Made by a program: the position numbers and the translations under genes. From Rhodothermales bacterium (GTDB lineage Bacteria; Bacteroidota; Rhodothermia; Rhodothermales; Bin80): a stretch of 49,554 nt of DNA. The stretch's first letter is position 1; every line of letters starts with the position of its first letter. This document shows positions 27,962 through 37,360 of this stretch, piece by piece. A model generated the notes under the pieces. It saw only the letters and a program-made list of their open reading frames with translations. It searched no databases and had not been told where the DNA came from. Location: contig JAAXGO010000073.1 in assembly GCA_012267425.1 (NCBI GenBank), positions 1-49,554 on the forward strand, written 5' to 3'.

Positions 27962-30085
27962 ATGAAAAATCGTCGCCTAGTTCTTGGGGTCCTTTTTGTC
28001 ATCGTTGCTGCAGGCCTGGTCTGGTTTTTGATGTCGTCGGACGAGAAGGCTGACCAGCCCGCGCCGGTTGTTGTGAGTGCTCCGGAACTAGAGGCCACCA
28101 GCGAGAGCCAACGAGTGTTCCGGATCGACCAGGACAGGTCGACGGCCCGGTATCAAGCGTTCGAGGAATTCTTTGACGCCACGGTTGGGTCACCGATTGG
28201 AGAGACCTCGGCAATCGCCGGAGACATCCTGATTCATCCCGGGAATCCGGAGGACAGCCACTTCGGAACGATTGTGGTTAACCTCGAGTCACTCGAGTCA
28301 GACAGCCGTATGCGGGACTCGCGGCTGCGCAAGGCATACCTTGAATCGGCAAAGTACCCGGAGGCCGAGATGAGCTTCGGTCGGTTTCTCAATCTGCCAG
28401 AATCGTTCGAGAAAGGTGAAGAGTATGCCCTCCGACTGGAAGGAGATTTGACCGTCAAGGGCATCACGGCGCCCGCGGTCTGGGACGTAACCCTCGGATT
28501 CGACGATGCTTATCTTCGGGGCTCTGCGAGGACCCAGGTTCTAATGTCTACCTACGGTGTCGGCCCGATCAGCATTGCTGGCCTCTTGAACACTCGGGAC
28601 GAAGTATCGCTAGCGGTTGATCTCGTCGCATTCGACGTCGCGAGTGGAAGCGAACTGGACGCGTCCGCCGACAGGCAGCTCGCCTCTGCGGGTGGCTCTG
28701 GCAGTGATGGACCGAGCTTTGCAGAGGAAATCCTCCCAATCCTAAGTTCCGCATGTGTAGGCTGCCACCAACCTGGTGACGTGGGCGCTGGTAACTGGTC
28801 CTTGGCGACCGCTGAAGATGCGGCAGAATTTGCCGATGACTTGGCGCTGGTGACGCGGTTGGGTTACATGCCACCGTGGAAACCAGGCGGCGCGACGCCG
28901 AAGCTTCGCCATGAGCGAACGCTGAATGCTGCGCAGCGGGAGAAGCTGCAACAGTGGGCGGCTGCCGGTGGCCCATTGGACGTTGCGCCGAGTACTCCAG
29001 TGCTTCCGAGCGAAGCGGATATCGTGCAAGTGCGTGCCGACCTCGTACTGGGATTAAGCGAGCCGTACCAAGGGACCGGGGGCTTGACAGATGACTACCG
29101 CTGCTTCCTGCTGGACCCCAGTTTCGCCGAAGACACATTCGTTACCGGGTTCTTGCTAGAGCCGGGTGAGCGGCGTGTTGTACACCACGCCCTCGTCTAC
29201 GTTGCCAGTGGTGATGCGAGGGATGACGCAGTGGCGGCCGCTACCCGGGATTCAGGTCGCGGCTGGGAGTGCTTTGGAGGACCGGGAATCCCCGGAGTAG
29301 GCGGTGTGATCGCCAGTTGGGTACCAGGCCAGACCGCCACGAAGCAGCCGGAGGGCGCCGGCTTCCTCGTGCCGGCGACGAGCTTCTTTGTCCTCCAGGT
29401 GCATTACAACTACGAGACAGAGGTGCTGCCCGATCAGACTAGCCTCATCCTCCAAACTGAAGCTGCAGACGAGGATCTCATGGCCCTACAGTCCGTGCCG
29501 CTGATTGCACCCGTTGAGATACCCTGTAGCGACCCCACAATTGGTCCGCAATGCGATCGAAACCACGTACTCAGTGAGCGGCGCGAGGCAGAAGGGTTCA
29601 GAGCCGCGATTGTGCCGAGCTTACTGCTGCACCTGTGCGGCCGCAATATTGCAGAATTCCAGGAACAGGACGGTCCCACCGTGACCAGTTGGTGCGACAT
29701 TTCGATGCGCTTCGCGGGCCAAATTATTGAGCTCGGCGGCCACATGCACACCTTGGGTAATCGGTTCTCACTGACGTTGAACCCGGAGACCAGCGAAGAG
29801 CAGCTGCTTTTCGAAATACCGCAATGGGACTTTAACTGGCAGGGCCGTTACCAGTATGAGGCCCCGATCCATGTGACTAAAGGCGACATTGTCCGGATAA
29901 GTTGCACCTGGAATAAGAGTTCAGGTGAGGAACAGAAGTACACGACCTGGGGTGAAGGTACTCAGGACGAGATGTGCCTGAGCTCGCTCACAATTCTGCC
30001 GGACGATCCGGCCAATGTGCCATCGCGCCGAAGCGGCCTGTTGCAAGGGTTTAGGGGACTACTCGATTCAGGAGATGATCGTTAA
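27962..30085 (+). CDS. Fusion protein: N-terminal anchor, YceI-like domain, c-type haem motif region, and PHM/DBH-like copper type II monooxygenase domains
   Basis: The YceI pattern spans aa ~50-225 (FRIDQDRSTARYQA...NLESLESDSRMRDSRLRKAYLESAKYPEAEMSF...LEGDLTVKGITAPAVWDV). CVGCH is at aa 265-269, with YMPPW downstream. Copper-site pattern: HH (aa 408-409), H481, HMH (aa 594-596), DEMC (M671), with DDYRCF upstream. Confidence 0.75.
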   Translation: MKNRRLVLGVLFVIVAAGLVWFLMSSDEKADQPAPVVVSAPELEATSESQRVFRIDQDRSTARYQAFEEFFDATVGSPIGETSAIAGDILIHPGNPEDSHFGTIVVNLESLESDSRMRDSRLRKAYLESAKYPEAEMSFGRFLNLPESFEKGEEYALRLEGDLTVKGITAPAVWDVTLGFDDAYLRGSARTQVLMSTYGVGPISIAGLLNTRDEVSLAVDLVAFDVASGSELDASADRQLASAGGSGSDGPSFAEEILPILSSACVGCHQPGDVGAGNWSLATAEDAAEFADDLALVTRLGYMPPWKPGGATPKLRHERTLNAAQREKLQQWAAAGGPLDVAPSTPVLPSEADIVQVRADLVLGLSEPYQGTGGLTDDYRCFLLDPSFAEDTFVTGFLLEPGERRVVHHALVYVASGDARDDAVAAATRDSGRGWECFGGPGIPGVGGVIASWVPGQTATKQPEGAGFLVPATSFFVLQVHYNYETEVLPDQTSLILQTEAADEDLMALQSVPLIAPVEIPCSDPTIGPQCDRNHVLSERREAEGFRAAIVPSLLLHLCGRNIAEFQEQDGPTVTSWCDISMRFAGQIIELGGHMHTLGNRFSLTLNPETSEEQLLFEIPQWDFNWQGRYQYEAPIHVTKGDIVRISCTWNKSSGEEQKYTTWGEGTQDEMCLSSLTILPDDPANVPSRRSGLLQGFRGLLDSGDDR

Positions 30086-30142
30086 GGGACGTCCTGGCTC
30101 AAGTGTGATCATCGGCCTATCGAATCCCGGAACTCCGGTTGC

Positions 30143-30871
30143 CTAATGGCGGCTGCTTGTCGAGCAGAGCTCCAGGCGTTTGCAATGCTGCAGAGTTGTT
30201 CGCCGCTGCATTGAGACCCTTGCTATCTGGCGTGTAGGAAGGGTACAGGGGTTGCTCCCGCCACGGTACACGCTCCGGTTCGGCATCGACTGCCGGTGAT
30301 CGGCGATCAAGATCCGCCTCCAGGAAGCCAGATCGAACGGCATGTCGACAAGTCGCGGTTCGTTGTTGGCTCGCCGTCCGGCTGCCCTGACCGTGTCGGG
30401 CGCCAGCATGCAGGTGACGTGCGAGGATGGCGCGCAGCCCTCGAACTCGTCGCCGTAGGAGAGGGTCTGCATGGCGGTGAGGTCGATGTCGGCGCCACTG
30501 GTCGTCGAAATGTCACCACTAGAGGAGAAGGCGGTGCAGAAGAGGAGGGGACCGTCAGAGTGATCATGCGAAGTGTGCGTGAGGCTCGGGGTCGGGTTTC
30601 ATCATGGAGCGTGCCTTTATCGTTCGGTCATCTGGTTGAGAGTGGTGGGCCAGCTACCCACGATGCGCTGCACTCGTGTGGTCCTTCCTGATGGGGGACC
30701 GCAAAGCATGACGGCTGGGCGGCGCGCTGCTAGGATTTCGAGTAACACTACAGTGCATATAAACGTTATGTCATTAGCTTTTGCCATATTGCACGGTTGC
30801 GTGATGTTAAGTCGACAATATGCTAGCATTTCACGGAAGTCGCGCATCACCGTGTCAGCCGGTCCGAGCAA
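30143..30871 (-). pseudogene. Possible decayed P-loop kinase (AAA_33/zeta-like) gene
   Basis: ORF 30617-30871 contains PAVMLCGPPSGRTTRVQRIV. This is a Walker A lacking one Gly and with Lys replaced by Arg. After a stop and frame change, a second frame (30143-30598) reads ...DGPLLFCTAFSS...HVTCMLAPDTVRAAGRRANNEP, resembling the DATF and C.AP..V...R blocks of such kinases. There is no continuous ORF. Confidence 0.3.
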
Positions 30872-30908
30872 CCCAAAGAATCAAGAAGGAACTACATTGG
30901 AGCCGAAG

Positions 30909-32477
30909 ATGCTCTTCATACACGCACGCCGCCGAGGGGGGCGCAGGTCCCTCACTGCCAGAATCCTTGTCGTCATCTTGACTGCGTGCACGGCGGCTTG
31001 CTCGTGGACGGACAAGCCCGCCGAGAGCGTGTGGGTGGCGCTGAACAGTTCTTTCATTGGCGGGTTTTCGACTCATTCAGTGCTCCCCATGGGCAGGCTC
31101 CATCCTGACGGCCGGTGGGATCGTCCGTGGCCCCGATCCTTTCGTAGGTCCTGGGATTTCGCGCTACAGGGGTCGCTGGTGCCGGTGGACACCGGCGGCT
31201 TTCTCATCCCTCTGGACAAACCGGAGGACGGCCCGGTCCGACCAGGCATCCATTGGCTGCTCCCCTACGAGGTTCGGGATTCGTCCCGGTTCCGGACGGT
31301 AGCTCCTGTTCGCTGGCACCGGTATGCTGTTGGCGAAGTAGCTCAAGGACGGTCCTTTGCCGTGCAAAGGCTCGATCACATAGTTAACGACTGTAGCTAC
31401 TGGGTGCTCGGTTCTCGGGAGGAGCTGAGTGGAGCGGTTCCCGCCGGGCTGGCTCTGAGCCGCCCAGCGCTCAAGAGTCTCCGGGAGGACGACATACCCG
31501 GCCTGGACGACATGCTTGCCTCGGTAGGATTCCCTCACCAGCCCACCGATGCGGAAGGAGGCTACGACTACGCGGGGGACTACACTAACCCCGCTGGGAG
31601 ATACCCCCGACGCACGGTGGTTGGCCTCGCGAGAATCCGTAAGGACCTGGATGTCGTGATCGTCCGGTACGAGGAAACCGGCCCCCAGTTCGATGGGCAC
31701 GTCACCTCCTGGAACCTCGTCGAGCTGCGACAAGGGCAGGCACGTGTCATCTCCACGTTTTCTAGACATCGGAGCCTGTGTGCCCAGCGTCCCGCGAAGA
31801 ACCGGACAGAAGCGGTTTGGCTAGCTCGGACCTCTGCCAAGGGCTCTCGGTTGGACCCTGTCGGAAGGCGGCATCCCGATGGAAGCTGGGACCTGCCATG
31901 GCCCGCTCTCCTCCATACAAGAGTTGCTGTTGACAGCAGCGGATTCCTACAACCTCTGAGGCCCCGGTCCGAGACAACCCAACTTCCGTCCGACACCTGG
32001 CTCCTTCCGTTCCGTACCGTGGACGGAGACCGCCTTCGGGTTCAGGTTCCGCTCCAGTGGTACCGGTTCTCGGGGCGGTTTGACAAACCGGGCACGGTGA
32101 CCCATGTCATGTTGGCTGAGCGGCACTGCGGAGGAGGTTGGTCGCTGCACATGGACACAAATTCGTACTTAGACGACGCTGGCGTCGCCTTCAGCCGTCC
32201 GATGGCGGGCAGACTGACGGAGAAGGATATACCAGGCCTGGATGCTATTCGGGAGGAAATAGGCCTGCTCGACCAACCGCCCCGCGACCAGGGCGGCTAC
32301 CGGATGGGCGGCAGTTGGTATCCGAAACGCGACTTGCTCGGCCTGTTTCGCCTCGACGATGAAACCATCATCGGGGTCGTTGCCGAAAACCACTACGAAG
32401 GAGAAAGAACCGTGGTGTTCGAGATCGGGGGCGACTCGGTCCGTGTAGTCTCCGACGTCTACGGAGGTGGCTGCTGA
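30909..32477 (+). CDS. Orphan lipoprotein composed of two tandem homologous modules
   Basis: ATG at 30909 (GGAG 8 nt upstream) gives MLFIHARRRGGRRSLTARILVVILTACTAAC, a basic n-region plus lipobox. The track ORF starting at 30573 adds 112 implausible residues. No family recognised. Confidence 0.7.
   Translation: MLFIHARRRGGRRSLTARILVVILTACTAACSWTDKPAESVWVALNSSFIGGFSTHSVLPMGRLHPDGRWDRPWPRSFRRSWDFALQGSLVPVDTGGFLIPLDKPEDGPVRPGIHWLLPYEVRDSSRFRTVAPVRWHRYAVGEVAQGRSFAVQRLDHIVNDCSYWVLGSREELSGAVPAGLALSRPALKSLREDDIPGLDDMLASVGFPHQPTDAEGGYDYAGDYTNPAGRYPRRTVVGLARIRKDLDVVIVRYEETGPQFDGHVTSWNLVELRQGQARVISTFSRHRSLCAQRPAKNRTEAVWLARTSAKGSRLDPVGRRHPDGSWDLPWPALLHTRVAVDSSGFLQPLRPRSETTQLPSDTWLLPFRTVDGDRLRVQVPLQWYRFSGRFDKPGTVTHVMLAERHCGGGWSLHMDTNSYLDDAGVAFSRPMAGRLTEKDIPGLDAIREEIGLLDQPPRDQGGYRMGGSWYPKRDLLGLFRLDDETIIGVVAENHYEGERTVVFEIGGDSVRVVSDVYGGGC
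31023..32474 (+). repeat. Intragenic tandem duplication at protein level: module 1 at 31023-31781, module 2 at 31809-32474
   Basis: Collinear shared blocks:
- ESVW / EAVW
- RLHPDGRWDRPWP / RRHPDGSWDLPWP
- TGGFLIPL / SSGFLQPL
- HWLLPY / TWLLPF
- VRWHRY / LQWYRF
- LALSRP / VAFSRP
- EDDIPGLD / EKDIPGLD
- GGY / GGY
Each module ends in a Cys. Confidence 0.7.
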
Positions 32478-32820
32478 AACCGTGTCCGAAACATACCGCT
32501 CCGCACGAAGAATTCGCCCTGCTTGATGCTACCGAAATCTTCTCCATCGGAGGAAAACGGGCCGCAGACTTCTTTGACAGCTCACCACGCACATGGTTAC
32601 CCCGTCTAGGCCGAAGTTCCATCGGAATTCAGGCCATCTGACGCTGTAGCTTCGGACTAGTCGGTGGGCAGGCACGACCCTCGGTACGTGGACGATTTGG
32701 TGTACGTTGAGCGGACGGGATCGATTACCGATTTCCGCAAACGTCCCGCGGCTTTCCATTCAAAACTTGTGCGCGTGCGCTGAGACCGTTATGGATGTTC
32801 GCGATTGCCCAAATACCCCC

Positions 32821-33999
32821 TTACCGGCGGCGTCCGCCCGCATGATGCTCCCGATAATGCGTTTCGAGCCAGTCCTCGCCGTAATCATTCTTTGGATCTC
32901 GTACCATTGTGTGGATATGGTTTGCCGCACTCCGATCGCCGCCGACACCGCGCTCACGCACGTATTCGATTAAAATGGAGGGACCGTGCACCCGGTAGTA
33001 GAATCGCTGTGAAATGTCGTCAGTCGGACCGATCCATGCGAAAAAGAGGCTGTCTACTCCGTCTGCCTCGACCTGCTTGAACTGTCTGTCTGCCGTGTCG
33101 TGATCAGCGTTGCGCACGTATTCTTGGACGATGTGCAAAAGCAGCGTCCTCTGCTGCGGGTCGAGCTGGCCCGCGGTAATTCCCCGGTACTCCTTCAGAC
33201 TCGCCTTACGCCCGGGTCCCTCTAAAACGTCTCGTGGGATATCCTCAGACAGTACTGCCTGGGCGCGCTGATCCGCGTCAAACGACTGCATGAGCTCGAA
33301 GCCCCGCTCGACCTCGTGTGACAGTGCGCGCCATCCAGCTAGTGGACCCTCTATCACTTCGTACGGCTCCGCACCCATGAAGGCGGGCGTGAATGCAACC
33401 CGATCGTCAACAACAGTAAAGGAAACCGCCAGATGGTGCCCAGTAATGAGCCAAGCCCATCGCGTATCCACGCTTGGATCACCAAAGAAGGAAACCCAAT
33501 AATTCTCAGAGCTCCAACTCTCCACCAGACGCGCGAACCGATCGTCACCGGACCGTTCGGCGAGACGCTCCCGGGATGCATCGCGCAGAATGTCGTCAAG
33601 CCACATAATTCCGGCGATTTTCTGATAGCCCTGACTGCTTGTAGATGCGCGGATGAGGTTGTGCAGGAGCTGCCGCTCAGCTGCCGACAGGTCGCCAACC
33701 CGCAGACCGCTGCGTTCGACCATCGCGGCGGGAAGGTTGCTCCAGTTGGTCCGCGCATGTTCGTCGTCAATGTCAAAGACGGCAGTCACGCGAGTTTGGG
33801 GCGAGAGGGCGTCAAGAAAGGCGACGGCACTTTGCGTCATTTGTGCGGCACTGCCGGGAGCGGTGGCAGACTTGGCGGCGGAAAAGGCAGTTGCGATCAG
33901 GGTCTCACTAGTCGAATCGGATGTCCGTTGGCATGCGACCAAGCAGCCCACGCAGACCAGAATGACAAAAGAGAGTCGTTTCATGATCGTCAGATTCAT
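32821..33999 (-). CDS. DUF3500-domain lipoprotein
   Basis: Signal/lipobox VCVGCLVAC. C-terminal DUF3500 signature: FFAWIGPTDDISQRFYYRVHGPSILIEYV...ANHIHTMVRDPKNDYGEDWLETHYREHH. Confidence 0.8.
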   Translation of the reverse strand: MNLTIMKRLSFVILVCVGCLVACQRTSDSTSETLIATAFSAAKSATAPGSAAQMTQSAVAFLDALSPQTRVTAVFDIDDEHARTNWSNLPAAMVERSGLRVGDLSAAERQLLHNLIRASTSSQGYQKIAGIMWLDDILRDASRERLAERSGDDRFARLVESWSSENYWVSFFGDPSVDTRWAWLITGHHLAVSFTVVDDRVAFTPAFMGAEPYEVIEGPLAGWRALSHEVERGFELMQSFDADQRAQAVLSEDIPRDVLEGPGRKASLKEYRGITAGQLDPQQRTLLLHIVQEYVRNADHDTADRQFKQVEADGVDSLFFAWIGPTDDISQRFYYRVHGPSILIEYVRERGVGGDRSAANHIHTMVRDPKNDYGEDWLETHYREHHAGGRRR

Positions 34000-34045
34000 G
34001 TGAAGTGATTACCGTTGTGCTGACTCGCAACAATATTTACGGGCG

Positions 34046-35728
34046 TTAGCGGACAAGAAGCAATGATCGAGTCTTGCTGAAAGGGTCGGTTTCGAGCCGG
34101 TAGAAGTATATACCGCTTGGCAAGGCTCGGGCGTCGAAACGAATATGGTGTGTACCCGGGTCGCGTAGGCCGTCAGCCAGCACCGTGACCTGTTGCCCTA
34201 TCGCATTATAGATGGTAAGGCGCACGCGGCTGCGTTGCGGTATGGAAAACGAGATAGACGTGGATGAATTGAAGGGGTTGGGCCAATTCTGGTGCAGCGC
34301 AAATCCGCGCGGCGCTTCATCGACGCCTTCAATGGGCGTCGACATCCTTTCGACCGGTCCCTTCGGTGTCAGGTCTTGGCCTTCCAATCCCGGATAGTCG
34401 GAAGCATACCGATAGGCGCGAAAAACCGTGTTTTGCTGGCGCTCGTTGCCCGGCGAAAACGGCGGAATTTCCTCGTTCCACGCCAGCGGCCCACTCCGTA
34501 CGACAGGATTCACGTATTCCCAGACGATGTCACCCTCGGGCGTCACCTCGAATATGCGGCCCTTCATGCCTTCGGCAATGAGAGTATGGCCGTTGGGCAG
34601 CCGCTGCTGGCCTGATATGAAGTTGGAATAAAAAACGCCCGGGTCCGAGTAGCTCCAGACTATTTCAACCGGCGAGAACGTCCCGTCGAGTTCCATGTCG
34701 TAGAAAATTTCACCGTCGTAGTCTTCGGTGAATGGCAGTATGAATTCGTAGACGGTTGAATACTGGGAGTCGGGCCGGTCGCGTCCGTTGTCGAAAATCA
34801 TAGCAGTGCCGCGGTCGGCCAGTTCGGGCTCCAGCCAATCGGTCGAGTGATTGAAAAACAGTTGTCGGTCTTCGGGTGATCCGAGGTCGTACATCTCGGG
34901 ATTTCCCCACCTGTACAACAGATCTCCGTCGAAGCCCGCTGCCTCTTCAGTTGTCAGATCGTGATCGATGACCCAGAGCTCGCTGAACATCGACGAGCTG
35001 ATGATGATGTGGTCGAAGTCCGGGTTGTAATCGATGGCATTGAAGTGCAGCCATGAGAACCCATCGCCGGTGTTGATGTCGATCAACTCCGGGTGTTCGC
35101 TTATAACGCCATAATTCGACTTCGTGGCGTCGAAATCCTGTACTAAGTGATCCCATGCGCGCCATTCCCAAACTATCTCAGCGCTATCTGGCAGAATGGG
35201 CTTGAATTCCACGATGCGTTCGGTCCAGACAACGGTGTCAGTCAGAGCCGTCAGGTCGAAGCCGTTCGCTTCGAGCTCCTCTTGGTTCTTGACGTCCCAC
35301 ACCGTGGTAAGGACGTTGCCGTTTTCCAGTTTCAGGATGTCGTGGTGGAGCGAATAGAGGCTGTCGTGGTACTCGAATTCCCAAACAATGTCGCCGTTCC
35401 AGTCGAGCTCTTCGATACGCCCGCCACGTCCACCTCCAGAGGTCCATCCAGTCGCTGCGCGCGATGCCCGCAACAGATTGCCATTTTCGAGGAGACGCGT
35501 CGTGGAGCCCACGTTGAATTCGTGCTCCCACATGTTGACCTGTTCCCCATTCATGTCGAGTAAGTACGTCGAAGGGTGCTGGTGGGGAGCCAGGAGCGTG
35601 TAGCCATCGAAAGCACTCTCTTCGTTGATGAAAAGTCCGACGGTGCGTTCCTGTGCGGCAGTCGGTTTCCCTACCACGATTACGAGCGACAGGATGGCAA
35701 GAACAAGGCGTATACGGAGATTCTGCAA
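34046..35728 (-). CDS. Arylsulfotransferase-like beta-propeller protein with T9SS C-terminal sorting domain
   Basis: Signal peptide. ASST-like blocks: GLFINEESAFDGYTLLAP...YLLDMNGEQVNMWE...LENGNLL, and FNAIDYNPDFDHIIISS. The final 85 aa, FALHQNWPNPFNSSTSISF...IYNAIGQQV...SGIYFYRLET...LLLVR, form a type-A T9SS CTD (34046-34303). Confidence 0.8.
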   Translation of the reverse strand: MQNLRIRLVLAILSLVIVVGKPTAAQERTVGLFINEESAFDGYTLLAPHQHPSTYLLDMNGEQVNMWEHEFNVGSTTRLLENGNLLRASRAATGWTSGGGRGGRIEELDWNGDIVWEFEYHDSLYSLHHDILKLENGNVLTTVWDVKNQEELEANGFDLTALTDTVVWTERIVEFKPILPDSAEIVWEWRAWDHLVQDFDATKSNYGVISEHPELIDINTGDGFSWLHFNAIDYNPDFDHIIISSSMFSELWVIDHDLTTEEAAGFDGDLLYRWGNPEMYDLGSPEDRQLFFNHSTDWLEPELADRGTAMIFDNGRDRPDSQYSTVYEFILPFTEDYDGEIFYDMELDGTFSPVEIVWSYSDPGVFYSNFISGQQRLPNGHTLIAEGMKGRIFEVTPEGDIVWEYVNPVVRSGPLAWNEEIPPFSPGNERQQNTVFRAYRYASDYPGLEGQDLTPKGPVERMSTPIEGVDEAPRGFALHQNWPNPFNSSTSISFSIPQRSRVRLTIYNAIGQQVTVLADGLRDPGTHHIRFDARALPSGIYFYRLETDPFSKTRSLLLVR

Positions 35729-35758
35729 AACGTCTTGAGGTTAAGCGGAAACGATGCT

Positions 35759-37360
35759 CTACGGCTGTGGATAAAGGGGCATCCGTTCAAGGCGGTGAAA
35801 CACGATTCCGAACAAGGGCATAATCGGTGTGATCGTGGCTTCGAATACGACGTTGCGCGTCGCATACTCTACCTCGATTGTCTTGCCGTACGACTCTCCG
35901 CCGAAGTGGACGGCTCCTGTGTTGAACGCGACTGTGCGTTCGGATGCGTGGTAGTCAACGTCCGAGACGATTCTCGAAAACGTCTGACGCCCGCGCTCTG
36001 TGCCGTAGGCCCAGACCTGCTGTACCGTCAGGGCATCTTCGTCAATACGGTACTGAACGACGCGGCTATACGGCCCGAAGCCGGTGTAATTGCGATTGTC
36101 CCCGTTATCGAAGAGGAGAAGCGTGCCGTCGGGCAAGAGTTCGGGAGAGTGCTGGTACCAAGCCCACTCGAAGTCCGGATGATTCTCCGTCCCGTCCAAG
36201 ACTGTCGGATCCGTAATGGGCTGCCCGTCTCCGTCCAGAGGCTGAAGCAGAAACCCCCTTAGATCGTCTCCGTTGCCCGCCGTCTGCCACCCACGATGGG
36301 GGGCAAGGAGCCAGACGACCGTATTGTCGCGCCGAACCTTGACCGTTCCCTGCACGCGGCCCGACACGATAATTGTATCGTCATTCGGATCGTACTGGAG
36401 TCCGTTTGCATGAAACCAGTCCCGTGAGTTAGTAGACCACACGCGGCGCTGGTTGTTAAGGCTCTGGTTCAGATCCCAGACGTGAACGATTTCGCCGGAT
36501 TCGCGGTCGAGTTCAATGACATGGTCTTCAACCGTTCGGATTGAATTGTTGTTTACGGTCGCAAGGAGGTTGCCGTTGGGCATTTCTTGCACGTGGTGAT
36601 GGAACGAGAATCCCGGTATGGGCCACTTGTTGACGATGCGGCCCAACATGTCGACTTCGAAAATGTGAGACGTGTGAATGTCTCCAAAATAGAGGTTTCC
36701 ATTCGCCAGGCGCTCCAGCCCGGCGTCGAAAAAGAGATTCTTCAGCTGCGGATGGCCGTGAAAGTCGACGAACCAGCGCACGATACCCTGCGGATCGAAC
36801 ATGAAGGGACGCTGGGGGAACTGTTGGCCGGCATGGCCGAAGAAGCCGACGAGGTTCATCCCCGGCTTCATATTGCTTGGAACCGATACATCCACGGTCA
36901 CGCGAGGCATCTCGGTAATGAGTGGAGGTGCGGGAATGTCGTGCGTGATCTCGCCCAAATACGCTCCCTCTTCATCGAAAAAGCGCAGCATGACTGGATT
37001 GGTGATGGACGCGTACAGTCCGAGGACCGGTAGTTTGAATTCGTGCGCCACGCCGTCGAACCGATGCCTTACGTCGCCCGCCGGTCCACTCGTTCCAGCT
37101 ATGAAGATCTCGACCTGGACCGGCCGACTTGTCCGAAGGGTTACTTCGGCCGTAAGAGGCGCGTAGCCGCTGGGATTAATCTCGTGGGTCAGTTCGGTGA
37201 CGAAATCAATCTGTTCGTCAACGGGGCTCGGTGTCGAGTCACAGCCGGCCCACAAAACCGCAATCAATCCAACTAGCGCGACGAACGTGCTCCTCTTTGT
37301 GCAGATTGTTGGCGTCGAGCCGCACCGCGTGGTGTCTGTCGGTGCGTCAGCGGGATGCAT
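35759..37360 (-). CDS. Aryl-sulfate sulfotransferase (AssT/ASST family) lipoprotein
   Basis: Lipobox LWAGC. ASST blocks: HHHVQEMPNGNLLATVNN and DWFHANGLQYDPNDDTIIVSGRVQGTVKV. 533 aa. Confidence 0.8.
   Translation of the reverse strand: MHPADAPTDTTRCGSTPTICTKRSTFVALVGLIAVLWAGCDSTPSPVDEQIDFVTELTHEINPSGYAPLTAEVTLRTSRPVQVEIFIAGTSGPAGDVRHRFDGVAHEFKLPVLGLYASITNPVMLRFFDEEGAYLGEITHDIPAPPLITEMPRVTVDVSVPSNMKPGMNLVGFFGHAGQQFPQRPFMFDPQGIVRWFVDFHGHPQLKNLFFDAGLERLANGNLYFGDIHTSHIFEVDMLGRIVNKWPIPGFSFHHHVQEMPNGNLLATVNNNSIRTVEDHVIELDRESGEIVHVWDLNQSLNNQRRVWSTNSRDWFHANGLQYDPNDDTIIVSGRVQGTVKVRRDNTVVWLLAPHRGWQTAGNGDDLRGFLLQPLDGDGQPITDPTVLDGTENHPDFEWAWYQHSPELLPDGTLLLFDNGDNRNYTGFGPYSRVVQYRIDEDALTVQQVWAYGTERGRQTFSRIVSDVDYHASERTVAFNTGAVHFGGESYGKTIEVEYATRNVVFEATITPIMPLFGIVFHRLERMPLYPQP

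Noticed and set aside
32478-32820. Protein-like short frames in the gap between the duplicated lipoprotein and DUF3500 genes, e.g. HEEFALLDATEIFSIGGKRAADFFDS and GRHDPRYVDDLVYVERTGSITDFRKRP on the plus strand.
   Set aside because: The frames are under 60 codons, lack start codons and are interrupted by stops. I cannot match them to a family. They may be more gene debris, but this is unsupported.
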